The notes beneath the pieces were generated by a model. It was not told where the DNA came from. It did not search any database and was given only the letters and a program-made list of their open reading frames with translations. Shown one piece after another: positions 39,620 to 49,491 of a stretch of DNA of 64,000 nucleotides; positions within the stretch are counted from its first letter, which is position 1, and each line of letters opens with the position of its first letter. Source of the stretch: a virus (taxonomy: Duplodnaviria > Caudoviricetes). The position numbers and the translations under genes are program-made. The DNA is taken from IMG/VR virus record IMGVR_UViG_3300046524_000301, positions 8,569 to 72,568 of that record; one strand, 5' to 3'.

Positions 39620-39764
39620 ATACCTAGAAAAAATAGCTGCTAGAAAGAAAGGAGGCCAGCTCCAGGTACGGGCTGGTCAGAAGCCCCTTAAGGTTCCGAA
39701 GAGTAAGCCTTTCATGAGTCTCAAGACTAAAATAGTGAAGACCAGTAAAGGTCGTAAAGGATAA
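39612..39764 (+). CDS. 50-aa very basic NKYLEKIA-tagged peptide (not in ORF track)
   Basis: MNKYLEKIAARKKGGQLQVRAGQKPLKVPKSKPFMSLKTKIVKTSKGRKG; overlaps the upstream stop. Confidence 0.75.
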   Translation: MNKYLEKIAARKKGGQLQVRAGQKPLKVPKSKPFMSLKTKIVKTSKGRKG

Positions 39765-39768
39765 AAAC

Positions 39769-40869
39769 ATGGCAAATATCAGCCCTGAACAACTCCGAGA
39801 TATCTCGATCAGCGCGGTCGAAGACTTCTTGAATAACAAAGTTCCACTAAGCGTCGGCTTGGCTAAACAAGCGGCAGCTTATGAACTGAATGAAGAACAG
39901 GTTAAACGTGCTGTTGAATCAACAAACAACATCGCTTATCTGAAAGTACTGCAGTTGAGCGAAGACCGTACGGTAGAGTTCCCGCTTGCAAAGTACGCTG
40001 AAGTCATGGCTTCGGCTACGCTTCCTGATAACTTCCAGGAAAAAGTGGCAGCAACTATTAGCGTCGAAAATAAAAACATCGAAAAGACAGCTTCTGCATA
40101 TCAAATGCGTGAACTGGAATTCGGTGAAAAGATTACTTACTTCGTAAAAGAAGCTTCCGCTAATAAGGAATCACTTGAACGTCTACAAATCGAAAGCATT
40201 ACTGTTGTTGATACTCTTGTCAAGACGGCTAAGGCTATTGGCAAAGATGAGAAGTGGATGGATAAGCTGGCTTGTGTAACTAGTGAACAGGAATTCAAAG
40301 AATTGTCGGTCCTTGTTTCAGGCTCAGTTCAGAAGTATCGTGACCTCGCAGGTGTTGGTCTTTTCAAAGAAGCCCAACTGAAGGACGTTACTAATTTCTC
40401 GAATCTATATAAGCAAGCTCGTGAACTTGTTCGTGAACAACGTGAAAGATCGAGTCTTCAAAAGCAAGCTGCAGAAACGACTCAAGGCATCAAAACCAAT
40501 TCATTCGTTAACACGATGAATAATGTTAGTGCCGGTGCAAAAAACGTAGTTAACAAAACTATTGGTGCTCCTGGCTATGCAGCGGGTTACGTAGCTGGTA
40601 GAGTTGCAAAGACTCCTATTGAAGCGGGTAAAGCCGTCGGAAATGCAGCAATCAAAAGTGTTAAAACGAATACCCAAGCTATTATTGGCGCTGGCGAAAA
40701 GTCACAGGCGGTTGCAGTTACCAAAGCTGTTGGCAAGACTTCAGGTTCTGCTCTAAAGGGCGTATGGAAAGCAGCTAACCCAGTTATGGACGCGGCTCTG
40801 TATGACCCAGGTACAGATTCACATACCGGAAGAAGCAATGACGTATGGTCAGCTCTTCAACGTGATTAA
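39769..40869 (+). CDS. prohead core protein
   Basis: Many KxA sites (KQA, EKVA, EKTAS, KEAS, KLA); head module. Confidence 0.55.
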   Translation: MANISPEQLRDISISAVEDFLNNKVPLSVGLAKQAAAYELNEEQVKRAVESTNNIAYLKVLQLSEDRTVEFPLAKYAEVMASATLPDNFQEKVAATISVENKNIEKTASAYQMRELEFGEKITYFVKEASANKESLERLQIESITVVDTLVKTAKAIGKDEKWMDKLACVTSEQEFKELSVLVSGSVQKYRDLAGVGLFKEAQLKDVTNFSNLYKQARELVREQRERSSLQKQAAETTQGIKTNSFVNTMNNVSAGAKNVVNKTIGAPGYAAGYVAGRVAKTPIEAGKAVGNAAIKSVKTNTQAIIGAGEKSQAVAVTKAVGKTSGSALKGVWKAANPVMDAALYDPGTDSHTGRSNDVWSALQRD

Positions 40870-40894
40870 TTAAAGTAAACAAAGGACAATTCAA

Positions 40895-41434
40895 ATGTTA
40901 GAAAAAGTTAAAGAGCTAGGTCTTGAAAAATTCGCTGGCAATGAAGATCTCGCCGACCAATTCGTAGCAGGCTTCATCACTCATGTTTTGATGGAAAAAG
41001 AAGCACTTCTGGAAAAAGAAGCGGCTAACCCACGTTCAGAGCAAGACATCAGCCGTGAATTTACGGACAATATCGCTGGCCAACTTGGTAAGGGTATTGG
41101 CGGTATTGTTTCTCATGGTGCAGTTGGTGGTGCGATGATTGGTTACCGTTTCGTAACTGACCAATTTAGATACCAACGCTTCCTTAAGTCCTTGCAACAT
41201 GCTATTGCTTCGTCATCATTCCTTCGTGATCAGAACCCTGCTAAGGTTGAAAAGTATGCCGATACGATTTACAGATTTGCTCCGCTGGTTGCAGTGGATC
41301 CGAATCTGCTACAATCGATCCTTACGAACGCAGTTCAAGGTGACGGTATCGATCTGATGACTATTAAGAGTCTTACGGATCTTGAAGGCCGCTATCGTGA
41401 CAACGGTTCGGTTAATCCTAAAGCGTTTGTTTAA
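40895..41434 (+). CDS. prohead core or ejection-type protein
   Basis: EKFA, EKEA x2; Gly-rich hydrophobic segment. Confidence 0.55.
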   Translation: MLEKVKELGLEKFAGNEDLADQFVAGFITHVLMEKEALLEKEAANPRSEQDISREFTDNIAGQLGKGIGGIVSHGAVGGAMIGYRFVTDQFRYQRFLKSLQHAIASSSFLRDQNPAKVEKYADTIYRFAPLVAVDPNLLQSILTNAVQGDGIDLMTIKSLTDLEGRYRDNGSVNPKAFV

Positions 41435-41436
41435 CC

Positions 41437-41757
41437 ATGAATAAGTACCTAGAGAAAATTGCCAGTCTAAGTGAGTTCGGAAAGAGCTTCGCTAAAGGCT
41501 GGAAGAGAAGTTCAACAACCTCCAAGATTGGTCTAGGTATGTCTGCTACCGGTCTTGGGCTAGGTGTTGCGAATCTAGCCAATGGTATAGAGAGCAAACA
41601 TCGAGGAAATCACATGGCGGATGTGGAAAGTAAATCTTTAGATCAATTGAAAGATATCGCAGAGGCTTTGAAGAAACGACAGAGCGTTAATGTTCACGTT
41701 AAGTTGCCCGAACAAGAGAAAGCTGCTGGTACCCAAAACAAATACATTCGTATTTAA
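41437..41757 (+). CDS. NKYLEKIA-tagged small virion protein
   Basis: Tag plus Gly-rich hydrophobic segment. Confidence 0.65.
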   Translation: MNKYLEKIASLSEFGKSFAKGWKRSSTTSKIGLGMSATGLGLGVANLANGIESKHRGNHMADVESKSLDQLKDIAEALKKRQSVNVHVKLPEQEKAAGTQNKYIRI

Positions 41758-41783
41758 GTAGTAACTGCCTGTAAAATATAAAT

Positions 41784-43289
41784 ATGCTAACAAAACTGAT
41801 CGATACCTCTTCTTTTTACCAAGACGAACCCCAGGTTACGATTCTTGACAACAGAGACCTTACAGGCAGTCTCATCAAACAGGCTGCGGATTCTCGTATT
41901 CAACAATTCGCATCCAAAATCACTCCTATTCATGGAAAGACATATCTGCACATCCTCGCTATGGGCGCGGGTGAATTCTATGGTGCCAACCGTAACGCAG
42001 ACTATTTCCCTGAATCGAATCTCATTGATTATCACAATACCTTTGAGACTTCACCCGCCCATATCTTCCGCAACCACGTAAACAAGAACCCTGAAATTGC
42101 TATCGGGCGTGTTATCTATTCCGTTTATAACGATAGAATGCATCGTGTTGAGCTTATTGCCGAACTGTGGAATGACAAGGCCCCTGACATCGTCGACAAG
42201 ATCGAAAGCGGTGATTGGCCTAAGACTTCTATGGCTTGCCGTACTCCATTCGACGTTTGCAGTATTTGCAGTAACAAGGCTAAGACTCGTGAAGAGTATT
42301 GTGAACACTTGAGCGAACAGCTTGGCAGAATTTATCCAGATGGCCGCAAGGTTATGGCGTTGAATCTGGCTCCGCTTAGATTCTTCGATATCTCTATCGT
42401 ATTCCGCCCTGCCGACGTAACGAGTTCTGTTCTACAGAAAGTTGCATCAACAGCTGAAGTTGTTGGTTCTGTAGATGAAGCCATGATGGCTGGCCTATCT
42501 GAAATTACGATGCACAAAGCCGCGTCGTTAAAGAAGCTATCAGAATTACTAAAAGAGGTCGATGGTGATGTTGTATCTGCTGATCCTAGTTTTGATAATC
42601 TTGTATCACGAGTTTCTGATCCGAAAGGTGACGTTATCGACGTTCTTAGAAACTATAAGCTTAATGAAGTTCTTAGCACCTTGGGTCATCTTGGTATTAG
42701 CCCTTCATTGGGTTTTCTGGCAGAACTGATTGGTCGCAAGATCCTCGGTGACGAAGCTAAGGGCATCGGCCCTATGGCTGCTGCTTATGTGAATAAATCA
42801 GGTACTTCTGCACTGATGGACTTTGATCGTGACTTCGGTGAAATTACAGAACCTAATATAGGAATTGTGCATGCGCTTCTTCCACACATGGAAGATTCTT
42901 CGTATCTGCCGGATTATGTAGAAAGCCGTGTAGCTATGAATAAGCAAGCATCGATGTATGGATATATGCAAGGTACAAACGTAGGGTACAGCGGAAATGG
43001 TCCTCATATCGAACCGACGGTTTATGAAAGGTTCAGAGAACAGAATCTGGCTAACGCTCCACAAAAGTCTGAACTCTTGCGTGTGTTCAATGCCATCGTA
43101 GCAATCGGCGGTGCTGCTCTCGCTGCAAAGTGGTTCATTACTCAAGTAATTGAGAAGAAAATGAAAGAGCAGGAATTGAACAAGCTTTCAGATGGTGTTA
43201 AAATACCTTTAGTTAAATCTGCTTCTGACTACAAATTGACTTACAAATTAGCCAAGTCGGCAATGCTAAAGTTGATTCAGAATAAATAG
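41784..43289 (+). CDS. probable prohead maturation protease
   Basis: NRNADYF, FRNH (His), TSMAC (Ser), CSIC...CEH zinc insert, FFDISIV..PAD; HK97/herpes-type assemblin pattern; position before scaffold and capsid. Confidence 0.7.
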   Translation: MLTKLIDTSSFYQDEPQVTILDNRDLTGSLIKQAADSRIQQFASKITPIHGKTYLHILAMGAGEFYGANRNADYFPESNLIDYHNTFETSPAHIFRNHVNKNPEIAIGRVIYSVYNDRMHRVELIAELWNDKAPDIVDKIESGDWPKTSMACRTPFDVCSICSNKAKTREEYCEHLSEQLGRIYPDGRKVMALNLAPLRFFDISIVFRPADVTSSVLQKVASTAEVVGSVDEAMMAGLSEITMHKAASLKKLSELLKEVDGDVVSADPSFDNLVSRVSDPKGDVIDVLRNYKLNEVLSTLGHLGISPSLGFLAELIGRKILGDEAKGIGPMAAAYVNKSGTSALMDFDRDFGEITEPNIGIVHALLPHMEDSSYLPDYVESRVAMNKQASMYGYMQGTNVGYSGNGPHIEPTVYERFREQNLANAPQKSELLRVFNAIVAIGGAALAAKWFITQVIEKKMKEQELNKLSDGVKIPLVKSASDYKLTYKLAKSAMLKLIQNK

Positions 43290-43351
43290 ATTGACTGAAG
43301 ATTTTCAAAAGGCTACAATCCAGTGGCCTCGTTCAAAAAGGGATATTAGTC

Positions 43352-44569
43352 ATGATGAATCTAAGTCTTGATGATCTCATCCAGGATCTTGAAAAAAGCG
43401 CCGGTCTTACTAAGTCCGCCAGCGAAAAGTCAGAGAAGGATGAAAAGAAAGATGAAGAAAAAGCCGAGACGGCAGTTTGTAAAGCGGATGAAGAACTAGA
43501 TACTGCTTGCAAAGCCGACCAAGCTGCTAAGAAAGAAAATGCCGTCGAACAAAAAGACGACAAGAAGAAAGACGACGAACAAACTAAGGAAGCAGCTGCA
43601 AAAGGTGCCGCCTTGGCTAAAGAAGTAATGCAAAAAGTTGCATCCATTAAACTTGATCAAGTTAATACAGAGGATACTATGAACAAACAAGCTGCTGACG
43701 CAGGTAAGGCTCTGGCCGAAGCTCTTCTTGAGAAGCTGGCTTCAGTCGGTGACCAAAACACCATGAATGGCATTGCCAGTGGTGTTCCGAACAAGACCCA
43801 GGTAGACCTGGCTGCTCAAGTAGCAGAACAAGATAGCATTATCCAAAACCAACCGGGTACGGATGGTCGTGGTAATGGTGGTACTATCAACCAAATTTTC
43901 GATTCAATCGTTTCAGACGCTATGGCTCATGGTGCTGCTCCGGTTGATCAAAACCCCGCTGCTGGCGTTGCTAAGGAAGAAGGCGCACAAGTTGCTGCTC
44001 AGACTCCTAACCAAGGTGGTGTTACGGGTTGGGTCGATGCTGACCAGCAAGAAAAGGCAGCAGCTGTTTCTGAACTCGTTAGCCAAGGCTTCGACTTCGA
44101 CGCCGCTGTGAACCTGGTTAAAGAAGCTGCGTTCGAACTCGAACAAGAAGAAGAAACGCAAGTCAAGCAAGCCGCTTTCGACGCTTTCATCGAACAAGGC
44201 TATGACTTCGAATCAGCTGTTGAACTGACAAAGATCGCTTCGGTTGCCGGTATGGCTGCTCGTGCTGGCCGCAAGGTAAGCGTTGCTGCAGGTCGTACTG
44301 CACAAGCTGCAAAGAAGACTGCTAATGGCGTAGCGTTTGACGCTAACCGCGTTAAGGCTCAAGCTACCCAAGGCTCGTTCAAGGCTCTGGCTAACAACAA
44401 GGCTGTCCAACTAGGTGCTGGTGGCGCTGCTGCCGGTGCAGCCGCTGGTGCATATGCTGTTGGCCGTGAAAAGAAGGCTGCTCTTGACATGCTCATCGCT
44501 AACGGCGTTGACTTCGACAGCGCAATCGAAATGGTTAACGCTAAATCGACTCAACTGTACGGCTATTAA
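43352..44569 (+). CDS. scaffold/core protein
   Basis: Acidic, Ala-rich; repeated EKxA/KQA and three G(F/Y/V)DFDxA repeats; followed by a terminator. Confidence 0.6.
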   Translation: MMNLSLDDLIQDLEKSAGLTKSASEKSEKDEKKDEEKAETAVCKADEELDTACKADQAAKKENAVEQKDDKKKDDEQTKEAAAKGAALAKEVMQKVASIKLDQVNTEDTMNKQAADAGKALAEALLEKLASVGDQNTMNGIASGVPNKTQVDLAAQVAEQDSIIQNQPGTDGRGNGGTINQIFDSIVSDAMAHGAAPVDQNPAAGVAKEEGAQVAAQTPNQGGVTGWVDADQQEKAAAVSELVSQGFDFDAAVNLVKEAAFELEQEEETQVKQAAFDAFIEQGYDFESAVELTKIASVAGMAARAGRKVSVAAGRTAQAAKKTANGVAFDANRVKAQATQGSFKALANNKAVQLGAGGAAAGAAAGAYAVGREKKAALDMLIANGVDFDSAIEMVNAKSTQLYGY

Positions 44570-44590
44570 TCCGTAGTCTGACTTAAATTA

Positions 44591-44630
44591 AGGCCCCGCT
44601 CTGTACAACATTACGGGCGGGGCTTTTTTT
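44591..44630 (+). terminator. intrinsic terminator
   Basis: GCCCCGC...GCGGGGC followed by T7. Confidence 0.7.
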
Positions 44631-44644
44631 CTTGGAGAAAATAA

Positions 44645-45055
44645 TTGAATAAATATTTGGAAAAAATTGCAGGAATGGCTTTTCCGAATTTGGCATCCAG
44701 GGGAGTCGGCGCAAGACTTGGCAAAGTTGCGAAACCATCTAAAGTTGTTTCACCAGGTTCAAAATTAGTTCGCGGGGATAAAACTCTTCTTAGCGCAGCA
44801 TTACATAAAGCTGCTCAAGAACAGGAATCTAATTGGAAACACGACGCTATTGATACTGGAATAATCGGAGGTATCGGTGCAGGTACAGGTTTTGGAGTGC
44901 AAAAACTCTCTCCCAAAATTATAGGGGAAGGTGCAGGACATATGCATAATGCAAAACTTTTGGCATTGACTGGCGCTACAAGTTTGGCTGCTGATTTCGC
45001 CGGTGTTAAACTAAATAAAGCGATCAACAAACATGTCGAAAAACAAGTATCTTGA
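44645..45055 (+). CDS. NKYLEKIA-tagged virion protein (TTG start)
   Basis: GGAG RBS, tag, internal HKAA, Gly-rich hydrophobic segments. Confidence 0.65.
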   Translation: MNKYLEKIAGMAFPNLASRGVGARLGKVAKPSKVVSPGSKLVRGDKTLLSAALHKAAQEQESNWKHDAIDTGIIGGIGAGTGFGVQKLSPKIIGEGAGHMHNAKLLALTGATSLAADFAGVKLNKAINKHVEKQVS

Positions 45056-45485
45056 AAAGGTAGCTGAGTCGTATTCGATGGCTCCGCATCCCGATGATAA
45101 GAGTTGGTATGGTGTCGATAAGCTCCATTTGAATCGTGAAGAGTTTGCAAAACTTGAAAATGCGGAAGGTATCCATCCGGTTCAAACTGCAGCGTGGGCT
45201 CTAGGTGGAGCTACGCTAGGCGGAACGGCAGGCCATTTTTATACGAAGGCAACTATGCTTCCGTATTTGGCTAGTACCGCTGCAAATGCGCATTTGGATC
45301 CGTCCATTGCAACCCATGCATCAAGACTGACAAATATTGGAAAGTCACGGCTTTTCAAGAATAAGTTTCTCGGTGCAGTGCTTGGACTAGGCCTCGGTGC
45401 CCGTATCGCTAACACCAAAGATTACAATAGACGACTCGAAAATGCTGGATTCAGCAGAGTCCACAGTGAAGACGAAAATGACTAA
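45033..45485 (+). CDS. NKYLEKVA-tagged virion protein
   Basis: MSKNKYLEKVA; two Gly-rich hydrophobic segments. Confidence 0.65.
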   Translation: MSKNKYLEKVAESYSMAPHPDDKSWYGVDKLHLNREEFAKLENAEGIHPVQTAAWALGGATLGGTAGHFYTKATMLPYLASTAANAHLDPSIATHASRLTNIGKSRLFKNKFLGAVLGLGLGARIANTKDYNRRLENAGFSRVHSEDEND

Positions 45486-46074
45486 ACTATCCTCAATTCT
45501 TATGCAACACGCGGAAGACGTTCGTCTTTCGACCCCGGAAGCAGTTGCTGTAGAACATCTTAAACAAGCTGGCTATAGCGATAAAGACGCACGATATCAA
45601 GTAGCTCAGCACATCATGGAAAAAGAAGCCGCTTCAGCTTTGGCCATGAAAGGCATCGACCACGAAGACGCTGTGAAATTGGTCAAGGCTGCTAACCTTA
45701 ATATTTCAGAACTTACGAGCTTTGCACTTCCAGATGAATCGAACCCTACTGTAGAACTCCTGCAGAAGGCTGCTGAATATATCGAAGCTCTTGAGACACA
45801 AATCGCTGGCCTTAAGGGCGATATCGAAAAACAAGCTTCGGTACATCAGTCAGAACTCGATCACATCGAAGCTGTGGCTCATATGCCTGAACAGCTTAAC
45901 AAAATTGCTTCTGCTGCTCAGTTTACCCAAGAAGATCTCGCTGAACTACAAAGCGTTTCACCCGAGCTTCTGATGAAGGTTGCATCGGCTATCGAAGAAC
46001 CCTGGGGTATGGGCAATGGCGTAGGTGTAGCACGTCCTAAGACTGATCCCCTTCTTGAATTCATGCTAAGTTAA
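45478..46074 (+). CDS. coiled-coil scaffold-like protein
   Basis: Start reassigned to MTKLSS; KQA, EKEA, KIAS and KVAS sites. Confidence 0.6.
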   Translation: MTKLSSILMQHAEDVRLSTPEAVAVEHLKQAGYSDKDARYQVAQHIMEKEAASALAMKGIDHEDAVKLVKAANLNISELTSFALPDESNPTVELLQKAAEYIEALETQIAGLKGDIEKQASVHQSELDHIEAVAHMPEQLNKIASAAQFTQEDLAELQSVSPELLMKVASAIEEPWGMGNGVGVARPKTDPLLEFMLS

Positions 46075-46076
46075 AC

Positions 46077-46556
46077 ATGACAAACAAATACATTGAAAAA
46101 ATCGCAAGCCTTGCCGATATCGCATCGAAGGCAGTGGGTGTTGCAAAGCAGGTTCCGGGGGTACTTCGCACGGCTAGTGGTACAGAACTGCGGGGTCTTC
46201 AGTCGCAGCAAAGCCGTGCTATGAATCTTGCAGGACGTGCAGAGGGCAAAGCTAAAACTTTCGGTACTCAAGCTGCTATGAAACCTACTTCGAACCAAGC
46301 TGGTTATGCCTATACCAAGGACTTCCAGAACAAGGTTCACGCTACACCACGTATGCAAACCATTGCCGATCACAATGCATCCCGATCTGAAAAGCTTAAG
46401 GCTCACGCTGCTGGTATGCAAGGAAGTATTGATAGTACTGAACTCGCTACTCGCCGCGCTCGTTCTACGGTCGGTAAAGTAGGTGCTGGTGTGGCTGTTG
46501 CAGGTATTGGTGCTGCTGCTCTTAGCAAGAAGGATGATTCACAAGGTTATTATTAA
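46077..46556 (+). CDS. NKYIEKIA-tagged basic virion protein
   Basis: Tag plus C-terminal Gly/Ala hydrophobic segment. Confidence 0.65.
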   Translation: MTNKYIEKIASLADIASKAVGVAKQVPGVLRTASGTELRGLQSQQSRAMNLAGRAEGKAKTFGTQAAMKPTSNQAGYAYTKDFQNKVHATPRMQTIADHNASRSEKLKAHAAGMQGSIDSTELATRRARSTVGKVGAGVAVAGIGAAALSKKDDSQGYY

Positions 46557-46557
46557 A

Positions 46558-46818
46558 ATGTCAAATAGATATCTTGAAAAAATCGCCATTCTTGGAATGA
46601 TATCTGGTTACGCCGGTTCTAAAAAAGGCGATAAACTTGGGGGAACCCTTGCAGGTGGAGTTGCTGGAACGGCAACAGGATTACTTGCAATGGCTGCAGG
46701 TGGACGTGTCGCTGGTCCTGCTGGGGTAATAGCAGGTGGTTTGGCGGGAGAAGCGGCTGGTGGATATTACGCTGGTAAACTATATTCTCATCTGAAACAC
46801 CGCAGCGAAAAGAATTAA
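46558..46818 (+). CDS. NRYLEKIA-tagged glycine-zipper protein
   Basis: Start reassigned to MSNRYLEKIA; GxxxG repeats. Confidence 0.65.
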   Translation: MSNRYLEKIAILGMISGYAGSKKGDKLGGTLAGGVAGTATGLLAMAAGGRVAGPAGVIAGGLAGEAAGGYYAGKLYSHLKHRSEKN

Positions 46819-46950
46819 GAAAAATAGCCTTTTTCCCACACTGCATTTATCACGCATTAAAATAGGAATGTTGTGAACAAATTTAGAGCCGAGTTAAACA
46901 ATGATTTTACTTGGCTTATTTAAAAAAGAAACATATACAAGGAAACAAAT

Positions 46951-47373
46951 ATGTTAATGGAACGTAACGCAGAAATCATCCGTGGCTGGCCGTACGATGG
47001 TTCTCTAGAGCGCGTCGAACCGATTACAGCTGCTGCTACTCTGCAAAATGGTGACTGGATTACCAAACAGAGCGATAACACTGTTAATAAAACCGGTGCG
47101 TCGGCGTCAAACAATGTAGGCCTGGTAATCGTCGGTAATGGTGATAGTGGTTCGGCAGCATACGCAGGTAAGGCAGTTGTTCTTTGGGGTAACTTCCTGG
47201 CTAAGATTTCGAACTATGCAGCTGGTGCTTATGCTCCTGGCTCGCCGCTGACGGTGAAGAGTGGTCAACTGGCACTTGCTAACGGTACTACTGACCCGGT
47301 TATTGGTTTCGTACTTGACGTTGTGGCTGGCGCTACGACGGAAACCGCTCACCTTACAATCAAAGTAGCGTAA
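46951..47373 (+). CDS. capsid decoration/cement protein
   Basis: 140 aa, beta-tulip-like composition, directly before the MCP. Confidence 0.6.
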   Translation: MLMERNAEIIRGWPYDGSLERVEPITAAATLQNGDWITKQSDNTVNKTGASASNNVGLVIVGNGDSGSAAYAGKAVVLWGNFLAKISNYAAGAYAPGSPLTVKSGQLALANGTTDPVIGFVLDVVAGATTETAHLTIKVA

Positions 47374-47387
47374 TAGGGATAATTAAA

Positions 47388-48281
47388 ATGAGCGCATATT
47401 CGACAGAAACCGTAAACGTACAATTCCTGAATCAATCTTTCCTCGACAAGATTGACCAAGGTCACACTAAAGAAGCTTCAGCTGCTATGTCAGCTTTCGT
47501 ACGTCAGAAGCTTCGTGAAGACGGCTTTACCCGTAAGATTCTTACCCCGGTTCAAATCACAGCTTCAGAGCTGGATCGCCAACTGACGGAAGAGCCGACG
47601 GTTATCGTTGAAAAAGAACCGGATTCGGTTGCAGCTACTGCTCCATTCCTGGGCCGTCCGGAAATTCGTTACTGGAAAACTTCACGTTATCCGGTGACTT
47701 TCCAAAAGATCATGTCGCAAGATTTCCGCAAGAGCAAGTTCGAACTCGCTACGTATCGTACCGACATTCGCACGATCCTGCAGGAAAACAGCGTTAAGGA
47801 TATCCAAGAGCAAGAAGACGTAAACTTTTACAACAACATTCTGTCAATCGCTACGGCGAACAGCAATGTTCACACCATCGGTGGCGGCTTCACGAAAGCT
47901 AACCTGATGGCTGGTATTAAGTTCATGCTTCTGAATAAGCTGCCGGTTGGTTGTATCCTTATGACGCAATCGATGTATGCTGATCTGCTGACTTTTGCCG
48001 CAACTGACGTGGGTTCGCCTGCCGCTTCGGATCTGTTCCGTGGTGAAGGTACGCTCGATACGTTCTTCGGTTACAAGATCATCACGACGAACAAGGCTAA
48101 CATCCTCCCGACGAACCAAGCACTTGTGTTTGCTCCGCAGAACTACCTAGGTCAGTTCTATGAGTTGCAAGCTCCTACGGTCTTCCTGAAGACTGAAGCA
48201 GACATTATCGAATTCCACGCATACGAAGCTGTAGGCGCAGGTATCGGTAACGTGAACGGTGCAGTTGTTCTAAACTTCTAA
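47388..48281 (+). CDS. major capsid protein (HK97 fold)
   Basis: 297 aa, highly biased codons, position after protease, scaffold and decoration genes, terminator downstream. Confidence 0.75.
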   Translation: MSAYSTETVNVQFLNQSFLDKIDQGHTKEASAAMSAFVRQKLREDGFTRKILTPVQITASELDRQLTEEPTVIVEKEPDSVAATAPFLGRPEIRYWKTSRYPVTFQKIMSQDFRKSKFELATYRTDIRTILQENSVKDIQEQEDVNFYNNILSIATANSNVHTIGGGFTKANLMAGIKFMLLNKLPVGCILMTQSMYADLLTFAATDVGSPAASDLFRGEGTLDTFFGYKIITTNKANILPTNQALVFAPQNYLGQFYELQAPTVFLKTEADIIEFHAYEAVGAGIGNVNGAVVLNF

Positions 48282-48408
48282 ACCCAGTGTTTGGAAGCCT
48301 TCGAGAGGAGGTGGTCCTATCTAAGACGAGCCAGGTTAAATGCCTGGCTTTTCTCATTTCTGGAAGCTAAAAAAAGCCCACTGTACTAGCGGGACTTTAC
48401 CTTGCTTA

Positions 48409-48651
48409 CTAGAGTCGTGTAATTATGGCTCTTGTATTTCTGGAGTCCAAGTACGCAAGGGTAATAATACTTATGCAAAGTAAGAGTGTTCCTGAAATGA
48501 GTCCTGCGGCGAAAGCCTTTGTATTTTCTTCGGCAACCGTCTGACGAATATCTCTCATATCTTCTTGCGTCAGCATACCTCCTCCTTTATTTAGGTGTCG
48601 AGGATTTATTGTCTTCATCTTTTTTCTCTTCTTTCCTGCCGAATAAAGCAA
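48409..48651 (-). CDS. small membrane protein (likely start MLTQED at about 48576)
   Basis: GGAGG RBS; one TM. Confidence 0.5.
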   Translation of the reverse strand: MLYSAGKKRKKMKTINPRHLNKGGGMLTQEDMRDIRQTVAEENTKAFAAGLISGTLLLCISIITLAYLDSRNTRAIITRL

Positions 48652-48778
48652 CTAGCAATATGATTCCGAGAATACCCATCAAAACGCTGTGATCCCCACT
48701 TTTCTCGTCAGTCATAATACTCTCCTTATTTACTTGTAAAAGGCAATCCCGCTGTACTAGCCGGGACGGGTCTCTCAC
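48587..48778 (-). CDS. small membrane protein (likely start MTDEK)
   Basis: AAGGAG RBS; one TM. Confidence 0.5.
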   Translation of the reverse strand: MRDPSRLVQRDCLLQVNKESIMTDEKSGDHSVLMGILGIILLVALFGRKEEKKDEDNKSSTPK

Positions 48779-49044
48779 GCTGATTTCTTCCTATTGTCAG
48801 CCAGGAACATAACTACTTTAGATTCCATCTGTTTTCTATTTACCAGATACCGTTTTTCTACATAGTCAAACAACTCTTCTAACAATGCCTTTACAACTTT
48901 ATCCCCGTAGTTCATACTCAACGCACGATCTACCGCTACTATCTTCCTCTTTATCTCTGGATCTTTCTCCCCCCACCTGTCTATGGACACGACCATAGGC
49001 CAAGGCGCTCTGCTTACAAAGTTTGTCATCTCGCTAATCTTCAT
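48775..49044 (-). CDS. hypothetical early protein
   Basis: Promoter 49089, AGGAG RBS. Confidence 0.6.
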   Translation of the reverse strand: MKISEMTNFVSRAPWPMVVSIDRWGEKDPEIKRKIVAVDRALSMNYGDKVVKALLEELFDYVEKRYLVNRKQMESKVVMFLADNRKKSA

Positions 49045-49153
49045 GGTCTCTCCTGGAAGAGTTATAGACTACGGGTGTTTCTATACTTCTTATACCAATT
49101 TCATTGGTTCGTCTTCTCTGTTAAAATACGTCTGTAAATTACAGGAAACCAAC

Positions 49154-49462
49154 ATGGCAGGTAAATTTAATAGATACCTATCCAAGACTATTAACATGCT
49201 AGATTCGGTACATGGCAAAACGTCCAAAGAATGGGCTACGAAGGCACGTGTGCTTAATGAAGCTAAAGTCACAGGTCTAACGGCTACCCGCGCCTCGCGT
49301 AAGGCAAAGGTCAGCAATGGCAGGACATTTCAGAATCGTGTAAAACTTGGTGTTGGTGGAGGTGTTGCTTTGACTGGAGGTCTTCTAGGCTTGCATAAAT
49401 ACATGCAATATCAGAACAATAAGATTCTGGCCAGAATTGACAAAATGTACAATAAGCAATAA
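49154..49462 (+). CDS. basic membrane-segment virion protein (NRYL variant)
   Basis: Start reassigned to MAGKFNRYLSK after the late motif at 49122. Confidence 0.6.
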   Translation: MAGKFNRYLSKTINMLDSVHGKTSKEWATKARVLNEAKVTGLTATRASRKAKVSNGRTFQNRVKLGVGGGVALTGGLLGLHKYMQYQNNKILARIDKMYNKQ

Positions 49463-49491
49463 ACTACAAACTCTTAAGAAAGGAATGACAA

